From Bacteroidota bacterium (GTDB lineage Bacteria; Bacteroidota; Bacteroidia; JABEUT01), in assembly GCA_013289475.1 (NCBI GenBank), contig JABCZW010000003.1, positions 17,845 through 81,844 of the forward strand: a DNA stretch of 64,000 nucleotides, read 5' to 3'. The notes beneath the pieces were generated by a model. That model had not been told where the DNA came from and did not search any database. It worked only from the letters and a program-made list of their open reading frames with translations. Shown here piece by piece: positions 41,983-50,250 of the stretch (within the stretch, counting starts at the first letter, position 1; each line of letters begins with the position of its first letter). Made by a program: the position numbers and the translations under genes.

Positions 41983-44900
41983 ATGAGTTCTACCAAGTCA
42001 AAATATGATATAGCTTTTAATGAGGCTTTTGTGAAGCTTAACAAAGCTCAAAGTGAAGCCATAGAAGCTATTGAAGGACCGGTATTGGTAATTGCAGGGC
42101 CGGGAACAGGCAAAACGCAAATACTTGCTACCCGTATTGGCAAAATATTACAAAATACCGATACCCCACCTCACTGTATATTGTGTCTGACATATACTGA
42201 TACCGGAAGAATAGAAATGCGGAACAGGCTCTTTTCACTCATAGGCCCTGCTGCACATAGGGTAAACATACATACATTTCATTCCTTTTGTAATGAAGTA
42301 ATACAGGACAACTTGTCCTATTTCGGCAAGCAAAACCTGGAAGCTATTTCAGAACTGGAAGAAGTGGAATTATTCCAGAAACTTCTTGATTCATTACCTA
42401 AAGAAAGTCCATTAAAGAAATTTAAAGGCGATATTTCTTTTGAGACGTTCAGGGTAAGGAACCTTTTCTCACTCATGAAACGTGAGGCATGGAGCATTCA
42501 ATTCCTGAATGAACGAATTGATGCATATATAAACGAACTACCCGCAAAAGATGGCTTTGTTTATAAAAGAAAATACAAAACCTTTAATGCAGGTGATCCG
42601 AATATTGTCAAAATAAAAGAGGAGACGGAGAATATGGAAAAACTCCGGGCTGCTGTTAATTTATATCCGCAATATGTGGATATGATGAACGAAATGGCAC
42701 GCTACACATTTGATGATATGATACTATGGGTATTGGCAGCATTTAAAGAAAACCCCAATATGCTGCTCACCTACCAGGAACGCTTTCTTTATTTTTTGGT
42801 TGATGAGTTCCAGGATACAAGCGGTTCTCAAAACTTATTGTTAAGGTATTTAATTGACTATTGGGATGTGCCCAATGTATTTGTTGTTGGCGATGATGAC
42901 CAATCCATATTTTCTTTCCAGGATGCCAATGTAGAAAATATCAGGCATTTTGCCACTCAGTACGAAAAGGATATAAAGAAGATTGTTCTTACCGAAAATT
43001 ATCGCTCCACCCAAGTTATACTTGATGTTGCTAAAAAACTTATTGAACATAATAAGGAAAGGGTTGTAAATACAGATAAGAGTCTTGATAAAAATCTTAT
43101 TGCATCAAATGTCAAACTACAGGCTATAAATAACATTCCCGCAATAGTAGAATATCCTAATACAGGGCATGAAGCAGTTTATATTGCAAATGAAATAACA
43201 GAACTCATAGCCAGCGGGGTTTCGCCTAAAGAGATTGCTGTAATATACCGTAACCATAAGCAAGTAGAGGATCTGGCAACTTATCTTGAACAGAAGAAGG
43301 TAGGCGTAAATATGAAGCGGAATGTAAACCTGCTTGAGATGCCATTCATCCACAAAATATTGAAAATACTGAAGTATGTCGCTTCAGAAAATGATACTGC
43401 ATATAGTGGGGATGAGCTGTTATTCGAAATACTGCATTTCGATTTCTTCAATATTCCACCATTAGATATTGCAAAAATTAGCCTAGAGGTCTCGCAGAAG
43501 AAATATGGAAACAGGAAAGAAACTTATTCGATACGGCGTGCTATAAGTGAACAGGCCGATGGCGTGTCGGACTTATTTACACAAGCCGAAGTAAACGAAA
43601 TAAAAAGAGTAAGTAAAGTTTTAGAGTACTTGGTTGGGAAGTTAAACAACCTTACACTGCAGGAATTATTTGAGGAAGTAGTGCGTGAAGCAGGCATTTT
43701 AAATTACATTATAAACTCTTCCGAAAAAGCCTGGTTAATGCAGGTATTAACCGCCCTGTTCAATTTCGTAAAAGTGGAAACACGTAAAGATCCCGGAATT
43801 TCATTACAGCGCATACTCGATATGATAGATACTATGCAGAAACATTACATCCGCATAGGCATGCAAAAGATCTCTGCAGTGGAGAACGGTGTAAACCTTA
43901 TGACGGCACATGGATCTAAAGGGACAGAGTTTGAATATGTATTTATTATAGGGTGCAACCGAGGTGTGTGGGACGAGAAAAATGCTGCCGGTTCACGCAC
44001 GTTCAGGCTACCTGATAATCTTTCCACAAGCAAACATGAAGTGGATGACCTGGAAGAATCGAGAAGACTATTTTACGTTGCTATAACCAGAGCAAAAACG
44101 CACCTCACCATATCTTACCCTGTTAAAGATGCAAATGGAAAAAACCTGGAACGTTCTGAATTTATTGGAGAACTATTAGAAGGCAGTAACCTTACTGAAA
44201 TTAAAAAGCAGGTGGAGGAAAGTATGCTTACTGAATACCTGGAACTTCAATACACCGATAAAGTTGCACCGGAAATAGAACTCGTAGACAAGCAATACAT
44301 AAACAAGTTGCTTGAAAACTACTCACTAAGTGTCACACACCTTAACAATTACCTGGATTGCCCTATAAAGTTCTATTACCAAAATTTGATAAGGGTACCC
44401 GCTGCTAAAAGTGAATCAATGGCATTTGGTAGTGCCATTCACCTGACCTTGCAAGCGCTGTTTGAGAAAATGAAGGCAAACAATAATACTTTTCCTGGCA
44501 AGCAAACCATGGTAGATGATTTTACCCTTTACATGCACCGGAACAGGGAATCATTTACTAAGGAGCAGTTTAAGCGCAGGCTGGAATATGGAGAGAAAAT
44601 ATTGCCCGCTTATTACGACTTCTATATAAACAAATGGAACAGGATAGTTAGCCTTGAAGTAAACATACGGAATGTAGAAGTTCAGGGCGTGCCACTTAAT
44701 GGCAAGCTTGATAAGCTAGAGTTTGATGGCAAAATGGTAAATGTGGTGGATTACAAAACAGGAAGATATGATAATGCAAAGAAAAAACTGAATCCGCCAA
44801 ATGAAGTAGACTTAATTGGGGGAGATTACTGGAGACAGGCTGTATTTTATAAGATATTATTGGATAATAACCGGCGTAACGACTGGCAGGCTGAAAGCTC

Positions 44901-45126
44901 GGAATTTGACTTTATTGAGCCGGTGAAAGATGAATATAAAAAGGAAAAACTGCCCATATCGGAGCGCGATATTGAAATTGTAACTGCACAGATTACCGAT
45001 ACATGGCAAAAGATTCAAAATCACGAATTTAAAAAGGGATGTGGCAAGGAAGATTGCCACTGGTGTAATTTTGTACGGGACAATCACTTACATGTAGCCC
45101 TGCATGAAGCAGCCGATGAAGAATAG
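41983..45126 (+). CDS. UvrD/PcrA-like SF1A helicase fused to C-terminal PD-(D/E)XK nuclease
   Basis: AGPGTGKT, LVDEFQD, VGDDDQSI, NYRS, TAHGSKGTEF, ESRRLFYVAITRA; C-terminal GKLDKL, VDYKTG and four Cys. Confidence 0.92.
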   Translation: MSSTKSKYDIAFNEAFVKLNKAQSEAIEAIEGPVLVIAGPGTGKTQILATRIGKILQNTDTPPHCILCLTYTDTGRIEMRNRLFSLIGPAAHRVNIHTFHSFCNEVIQDNLSYFGKQNLEAISELEEVELFQKLLDSLPKESPLKKFKGDISFETFRVRNLFSLMKREAWSIQFLNERIDAYINELPAKDGFVYKRKYKTFNAGDPNIVKIKEETENMEKLRAAVNLYPQYVDMMNEMARYTFDDMILWVLAAFKENPNMLLTYQERFLYFLVDEFQDTSGSQNLLLRYLIDYWDVPNVFVVGDDDQSIFSFQDANVENIRHFATQYEKDIKKIVLTENYRSTQVILDVAKKLIEHNKERVVNTDKSLDKNLIASNVKLQAINNIPAIVEYPNTGHEAVYIANEITELIASGVSPKEIAVIYRNHKQVEDLATYLEQKKVGVNMKRNVNLLEMPFIHKILKILKYVASENDTAYSGDELLFEILHFDFFNIPPLDIAKISLEVSQKKYGNRKETYSIRRAISEQADGVSDLFTQAEVNEIKRVSKVLEYLVGKLNNLTLQELFEEVVREAGILNYIINSSEKAWLMQVLTALFNFVKVETRKDPGISLQRILDMIDTMQKHYIRIGMQKISAVENGVNLMTAHGSKGTEFEYVFIIGCNRGVWDEKNAAGSRTFRLPDNLSTSKHEVDDLEESRRLFYVAITRAKTHLTISYPVKDANGKNLERSEFIGELLEGSNLTEIKKQVEESMLTEYLELQYTDKVAPEIELVDKQYINKLLENYSLSVTHLNNYLDCPIKFYYQNLIRVPAAKSESMAFGSAIHLTLQALFEKMKANNNTFPGKQTMVDDFTLYMHRNRESFTKEQFKRRLEYGEKILPAYYDFYINKWNRIVSLEVNIRNVEVQGVPLNGKLDKLEFDGKMVNVVDYKTGRYDNAKKKLNPPNEVDLIGGDYWRQAVFYKILLDNNRRNDWQAESSEFDFIEPVKDEYKKEKLPISERDIEIVTAQITDTWQKIQNHEFKKGCGKEDCHWCNFVRDNHLHVALHEAADEE

Positions 45127-45162
45127 CACTTAAAAATTCTTTCTACTTTTACCAGCACTTAT

Positions 45163-45234
45163 GGCTCTGTAGTACAACGGATAGTATGGAAGTTTCCGGA
45201 ACTTCTGATCCAGGTTCGATTCCTGGCGGGGCCA
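45163..45234 (+). tRNA. tRNA-Arg(CCG)
   Basis: Acceptor stem ggctctg/cggggcc; anticodon arm gaagt-tt CCG ga-acttc (CCG at 45196-45198); T arm ccagg-ttcgatt-cctgg; CCA not encoded. Confidence 0.95.
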
Positions 45235-45242
45235 CAGCTTTA

Positions 45243-45376
45243 CGTTCATTAGCGCTCGTTATCGTTCATTTCATTGCAAAGGGCACTAAAATCAAATACT
45301 TTCCTCGTTCATCTACGTTCATTCCGGAGGCAAAATGCTTCACCCATGTTTCACCAAAAGGCCATGTTTCACCAAA
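45243..45376 (+). repeat. Short direct repeats next to tRNA 3' end (cgttcat x4; ccatgtttcaccaaa x2)
   Basis: cgttcat at 45243, 45263, 45306, 45316; exact 15-mer at 45344-45358 and 45362-45376. Confidence 0.8.
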
Positions 45377-45470
45377 TCCAGAAAAAACACATGTAACCAC
45401 TTATTACGATATTTGTGTCGCAAATAATTGCTTTTTTTCATCCTATCCATATATCAAAGATAATTAATCG

Positions 45471-45524
45471 GGGTAAAATATGGTCCACTGCTATAACCGT
45501 CTGAGCTACGGCATAGTTTGTCTG
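45471..45524 (-). repeat. ~54-bp repeat copy 1 containing a tRNA 5'-half-like sequence on the - strand
   Basis: - strand reads gccgtagctcagacggttatagcagtggacc; 45/54 identical to 46285-46338. Confidence 0.85.
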
Positions 45525-45600
45525 TTTAATGTGTAAAACAGAATAATAAAACGATAATAAATCCGTTTATCAATCTTACAACATATTAATTAGTACCACT

Positions 45601-46290
45601 ATGAAAAATCTCTGCATCTTACTTATACTCATTAACTTTAATGTGAGCCATGGACAGGATACCACTAAAAGTTTAAATCGAAGTTCCATTTCACTTAATG
45701 GCGGAATAAATGTTATAACTGGTTTTTCACCACTATCAATTTCAACAGGTCCTTGGTTTAGTCCTATACAACCCAGTACAAGTGTGCAGCCTTGTTTTTC
45801 GTTTTCATATAACTATGTATTGGCTGAAACCAAGCATTTTTCATATGGATTAAACCTTGGAATCGGATATTCGCAAAACATGTACATGGGAGAGGTTTGT
45901 TGGGAAGTTGCATATGGCCCTCCCGAACCTATTGAGCAGATAAACACTGGAGAATTTTGCATTGGTGCATTTATAAATACAACAAAAAAACATACGCTAG
46001 GCTGGTATAATGAGTTAGATTTTATTGGGAATGTTCAACTATATTCCGAACAAAAAGAATCCTTTTTTATTCAGGGTGCATTTGAGAATAAGCATGAAAT
46101 TGATTTACGTTTATTTTATCAAACTGGAATAAGTATTCGCATTAATAGAAATTTCACAGTAATTCCCATGATAGGTTATTCTATAATAGATTTATCTGCC
46201 TTATTTAATGGAGTTAATTCATATGGCATATATGTGTACAGGTATCTTAGCGGAGGAGTAACGCTGACTTATGACCTCAATAAAGGGTAA
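45601..46290 (+). CDS. Hypothetical secreted / outer-membrane beta-barrel-like protein
   Basis: Signal peptide; alternating aromatic/hydrophobic strands; C-terminal GVTLTYDL. Confidence 0.65.
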   Translation: MKNLCILLILINFNVSHGQDTTKSLNRSSISLNGGINVITGFSPLSISTGPWFSPIQPSTSVQPCFSFSYNYVLAETKHFSYGLNLGIGYSQNMYMGEVCWEVAYGPPEPIEQINTGEFCIGAFINTTKKHTLGWYNELDFIGNVQLYSEQKESFFIQGAFENKHEIDLRLFYQTGISIRINRNFTVIPMIGYSIIDLSALFNGVNSYGIYVYRYLSGGVTLTYDLNKG

Positions 46291-46338
46291 TTTCAGGTCC
46301 GCTGCTCTAACCATCTGAGCTACGGCGTAGTTTGGCTG
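46285..46338 (-). repeat. ~54-bp repeat copy 2 containing a tRNA 5'-half-like sequence on the - strand
   Basis: - strand reads gccgtagctcagatggttagagcagcggacc (U8A9, intact gctc/gagc D stem, GG in D loop); no matching 3' half. Confidence 0.85.
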
Positions 46339-46367
46339 GTTATCGCTTTTTGATTAAATTTACCACT

Positions 46368-46976
46368 ATGAAAAGCAAAACCACTACCCTACTTATAGCC
46401 TTTGCATCATTTGTCTTTTCATCTTGTATAAAGCCCCATGCAATAACTGTGCATAATCTTGACCCAGCAACCATACCTTATTTTGGAATTTTGAAGGAAG
46501 GAAACTGGTGGGTATATTCATCATCCAACCACGAAAGAGATTCTATTTATGTTTCAAGTATCGATGCCACTTTTATGGGTGGTCCTAAATACCCTTCTTT
46601 CCCTAACGATGAATTTCAGGATTATGTATATACTATAAATACAGCCTATTATTTTGTTCCAATACCACCTGATGCTTTTGAAAGTGCATATTGGATAATT
46701 AACCCAAATGGCCAAAGCAGTCAAACCGATTTTACAATGGGGGCGTTTTCAGTATTATATAATAACACAACAAATACATTTGATAAATTTAATAGTGCGC
46801 TTGCCTATCAAATAGATTCAGTAATAATTAATAGTACGGTTTATAAAAATGTAATATTTAGTGAAGACAGCACTGGGTATGATAAAAAAGTCTATTGGGC
46901 AAAAAATGTAGGCATGGTACGTTGGATAACAAACACTGCGGATACGTTTAATTTGGTGAAATACTACATAAAATGA
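46368..46976 (+). CDS. Hypothetical lipoprotein
   Basis: MKSKTTTLLIAFASFVFSSC lipobox from ATG 46368; GNWWVY and YWAKNVGMV motifs common in Bacteroidota lipoproteins. Confidence 0.75.
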   Translation: MKSKTTTLLIAFASFVFSSCIKPHAITVHNLDPATIPYFGILKEGNWWVYSSSNHERDSIYVSSIDATFMGGPKYPSFPNDEFQDYVYTINTAYYFVPIPPDAFESAYWIINPNGQSSQTDFTMGAFSVLYNNTTNTFDKFNSALAYQIDSVIINSTVYKNVIFSEDSTGYDKKVYWAKNVGMVRWITNTADTFNLVKYYIK

Positions 46977-47006
46977 ATCTGGTACTGTTACATCTGTCAT
47001 GATAAC

Positions 47007-47339
47007 ATGAAGGCATTCTTACTCATACTTATATCCTTGTTAGCTTGTTTCTTTTATGGCTGTATCAATTCTACCCCTAGGGTAATTGATTATAAAGACA
47101 GTAAGGGGAGAATTACCAAACATATCGTTGTACTCTACTATCTTTCCAATGATGAGAATGATACCTTGACTGATTATAAAGATACTAATGGAAGAACAAT
47201 GAAAGAGGTTGATATAGGTCATTTTGTTAAGGATGAGAATATCTATGACACTGTGAGAGAAGTATCGATAACAACCAGATACTTTGATACGTTGGGTAGA
47301 ATTAAAATTACTAAAGACACAATTTTCAGATATAGATAA
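47007..47339 (+). CDS. Small hypothetical lipoprotein with internal repeats
   Basis: Signal with FYGC lipobox; DYKDxxGR repeated at 28-aa spacing plus a third YFDTLGR. Confidence 0.65.
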   Translation: MKAFLLILISLLACFFYGCINSTPRVIDYKDSKGRITKHIVVLYYLSNDENDTLTDYKDTNGRTMKEVDIGHFVKDENIYDTVREVSITTRYFDTLGRIKITKDTIFRYR

Positions 47340-47363
47340 ACTATATGACCAATAAGCAATAGC

Positions 47364-48425
47364 ATGAAGCCCATCTTAATCATACTTGTATCATTTTGCT
47401 TCACCCTAACAGTTTTGGGGCAACAAAGCGGTGTAGATGATAGTAACGGGTTTACCAATAAGGCTGAGGCCAAGAATTTACATGGAAACATAAATGAAAC
47501 AGATACTTCCTTTCTTTTCCATTCTGTAAGGTTTGAAAAAGTAGAGCAATGGTATAATAGCGGGAATAAAAAAACACTGGAGATACGATATTACCTTCAC
47601 TTCCCAAATAATAGAAATTATCCTGTAGATAGTATTTATACCCGATGGTATAAGAATGGAGCACTCGCAGAAAAATCTGTTTTTACCTCTACAAATGATT
47701 CAGTCAATAAGAAGTCACATACGCTGATATACTATAATGACGGCAAAATAAATTCCGACTACCACTACAAGGTAAATGTTCTTAAAGGCGGAACAGCTTA
47801 TAATTGGGATGGCCGTATAACTGATAGTGTTTGTAAAGAATGGTATGATAATGGTAATTTGAAAAGCATAAAGACATATTCTGGTATGCTTACAGGCAAG
47901 TGTACAGAATGGTATGATAATGGAAGGAAAAGCTTTGAAACTACTTATAAGGTAATACGGACAGAAAAATTTGACCATCTTACTATGGGTGGTATGGTAG
48001 GTGATTCTCTTGCCTCGATATATTGCGACAATTGCACATATTGGTATGAAGACGGCAAAGTGCGGTTGAAAATGTTTTATTCAAAAGACGGAATAGAAAA
48101 CCCTGGAAAACAACTGGAATATTACCCCAATGGGCAATTAAAGTGTCAAGGACGAGCTTATTACAGTAATTACAAAGAATGGTATGACAATGGAATAAAG
48201 AAAACAGTTCAATATTTGAAGAACAAAAAACAGTCGGGTAGATGGAAGACCTATTGGAGCAATGGCAAAATGCAATATGTTGCATCATACAAAAATGGGC
48301 AAATGAATGGAGAATCAAAAGAATATTATGAGAATGGCAAGCTAAAGTCTGAAACTAATTATGTCAATGGTAAAGCTGGACCCACTAAAGATTATGATAA
48401 AAACGGCACCAAAATAAAGCAATAA
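47364..48425 (+). CDS. MORN-repeat-variant / YwqK antitoxin-like secreted protein
   Basis: Signal peptide; many (E/R)WY(D/K)NG / YYxNG repeats; GESKEYYENGKLKSETNY. Confidence 0.8.
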   Translation: MKPILIILVSFCFTLTVLGQQSGVDDSNGFTNKAEAKNLHGNINETDTSFLFHSVRFEKVEQWYNSGNKKTLEIRYYLHFPNNRNYPVDSIYTRWYKNGALAEKSVFTSTNDSVNKKSHTLIYYNDGKINSDYHYKVNVLKGGTAYNWDGRITDSVCKEWYDNGNLKSIKTYSGMLTGKCTEWYDNGRKSFETTYKVIRTEKFDHLTMGGMVGDSLASIYCDNCTYWYEDGKVRLKMFYSKDGIENPGKQLEYYPNGQLKCQGRAYYSNYKEWYDNGIKKTVQYLKNKKQSGRWKTYWSNGKMQYVASYKNGQMNGESKEYYENGKLKSETNYVNGKAGPTKDYDKNGTKIKQ

Positions 48426-48506
48426 CGTTATATCAGATGTTTGATTTATTATATAATGTACCTATTCTTATAACTATTGGGACTGCAATAATCCTATGGT
48501 TGATTT

Positions 48507-48782
48507 TTAAGTTATTCCTAAAGGGTATGCTCCATCTGTACCATCGAAATCATAAAGTTTTCGATATCCAATACCATTCGTATCGATAGAAAAAATACAG
48601 CCTTCATTATATGCCCCCCCTAGCTCAGTCATACCATAAAGCATATTACCGGAAATAATTAATGAGCCGTTGGGATGTGTACCTCCTATTCCACTGAAAT
48701 TATGCAAAACAGTATATTGTGCATTGGAAATCCCACTGCCAAAACCAAGCAACGCAAATATTAAAAAATAAATTCGTTTCAT
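48507..48782 (-). pseudogene. Truncated GloVer-repeat secreted protein (signal peptide + ~1.5 repeats, no sorting domain)
   Basis: QYTVLHNF..GTHPNGSL..LYGMTELGG..GCIFSIDTNG..KLYDFDGTDGAYPLG then stop; such proteins are normally much longer. Confidence 0.7.
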
Positions 48783-48793
48783 AAGACTGTATT

Positions 48794-50239
48794 CTACTTC
48801 TGGATAATAAATTTACCGCTTGAGATTAAATTAAGATTTCCTGAAATGACTCTATATAAATATATCCCTGGGGGCTGACTAGTGATATTGATACTTTTAT
48901 AAGCAGAGTGAAGTTCTCTTTTATAAATACTTTGTCCAAGCATATCAAAAATCTCTATTTGAGTCCCACCAGTTTCAACTTGTAATGCAACGGTAAAAAT
49001 ACCATTGTTTGGATTGGGATAAATTTTAACATTTTCACTTTCATCCAGTTTCTCTGGTAAAGAAGTTATAACTGATGAACAATGACCAATGGAATCACAT
49101 CCATTACTATCCAGCTTTATAACCCATACATCTTGCTTGCCTGTATCGGGAGCAGAAGGGATACAGAACCCACTTGCAATAAAACCGCCATCCAAAGTGG
49201 ATTTAACATCCCTCAAATAATTTTGGCTATTCGGTGCCTTTAATTTCTTATAATTCCTATACCACAGCAAATTACCGGTACTATCGATTAGTAACAAAGA
49301 ACCGTCTACTGTATTGCCATCTGTAACTTGTCCTACGTCTAAAAAATGCCCATTGTTCAATTCAATAAGTGTACTTGGGCCTGTTGAGGTTCCTGTATCA
49401 TTATAGTGATTAGACATAAGCAATTTGCCAGAATCAGAAACTTCAAAAAATCCTGTTTCTTTATGAACCGTTCCCCAAGCACTAATAAATACAAATTTTC
49501 CCTTTTTCGTTGTAATGACACCGCCTGCAAGTCCAGTTGCCGAAGAGTAATTATATTGCCATATCATCTTGCCCGAACTATCAATTTTTGTTAGTTGTGC
49601 ATTGTTCCACCCTGACCCTACAATGTATCCTCCATCTCTACATGTATCCACGCTGTATCCCCAATCATTGCTGGAACTTGTAAATATTTTTTTCCATTGC
49701 TGTTTGCCGGAGGAATCAGCTTTAAGCAGAAGGATTTGCCTTAACCCAGTTTTTTTTTCCTGGGCTAATCCGACAACTATTATTCCTTTATCTCGTGTAA
49801 GCTGGCAAGTTGAACTACTTAAATAGTATAGTGTATCATAATAGGTTCTTGTCCATAGCGTGTCACCATTTTTGTCGAACTTCCATAGAATCAAGGCACT
49901 GTCTTTATACCCCGCTAATAAATAATTATTATCATTTGATAAGAGTAAGGCTTTTATTCCAATTCCATAAGAATGTATGCCAGTTCCATATTTTCTTTCA
50001 AAAACTTTATTACCTAACGAGTCTACTTTCAATAGGCCTACTCTCCCCCAATTGCATAAACTATCTACCTCTGCTGCTGCAATATATCCACCCGAAACCC
50101 CAAAAATAGAATTAGATGCGCTACAAGTGTAGACATGGTCGTTCCCTAAATCATACCGGTTATTAAAATATACTGGCTGAGCCCAAAGAAAATGAGAAAG
50201 CATCAGGCTAGTTATAAATATAACCCAATGTTTTCTCAT
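48794..50239 (-). CDS. T9SS type A sorting domain protein with beta-propeller-like repeats
   Basis: Signal peptide; repeated K.DS.G...W...Y and DGGYI/DGGFI; C-terminal KIYPNPNNG...GIYLYRV...GKFIIQK. Confidence 0.88.
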   Translation of the reverse strand: MRKHWVIFITSLMLSHFLWAQPVYFNNRYDLGNDHVYTCSASNSIFGVSGGYIAAAEVDSLCNWGRVGLLKVDSLGNKVFERKYGTGIHSYGIGIKALLLSNDNNYLLAGYKDSALILWKFDKNGDTLWTRTYYDTLYYLSSSTCQLTRDKGIIVVGLAQEKKTGLRQILLLKADSSGKQQWKKIFTSSSNDWGYSVDTCRDGGYIVGSGWNNAQLTKIDSSGKMIWQYNYSSATGLAGGVITTKKGKFVFISAWGTVHKETGFFEVSDSGKLLMSNHYNDTGTSTGPSTLIELNNGHFLDVGQVTDGNTVDGSLLLIDSTGNLLWYRNYKKLKAPNSQNYLRDVKSTLDGGFIASGFCIPSAPDTGKQDVWVIKLDSNGCDSIGHCSSVITSLPEKLDESENVKIYPNPNNGIFTVALQVETGGTQIEIFDMLGQSIYKRELHSAYKSINITSQPPGIYLYRVISGNLNLISSGKFIIQK

Positions 50240-50250
50240 ATTTATTTTTT

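Noticed and set aside
1240..45087. Numerous short antisense or nested ORFs in the track (e.g. 4696-5211, 27733-28242, 32249-32752)
   Set aside because: All lie within well-supported genes on another frame or strand and are shadow ORFs.
44300..45126. Cas4-like nuclease suggesting a CRISPR-Cas locus
   Set aside because: It is the C-terminal domain of a UvrD-like helicase; no cas1/cas2 or array nearby.
45186..45467. 93-aa ORF in the track
   Set aside because: It overlaps the tRNA-Arg and the repeat-rich flank; no protein-like features.
45471..46338. The two repeats as complete tRNA genes or as a CRISPR array
   Set aside because: No anticodon 3' strand, T arm or acceptor 3' strand follows either copy. 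Only two copies with a gene-sized 760-bp interval and no cas genes.
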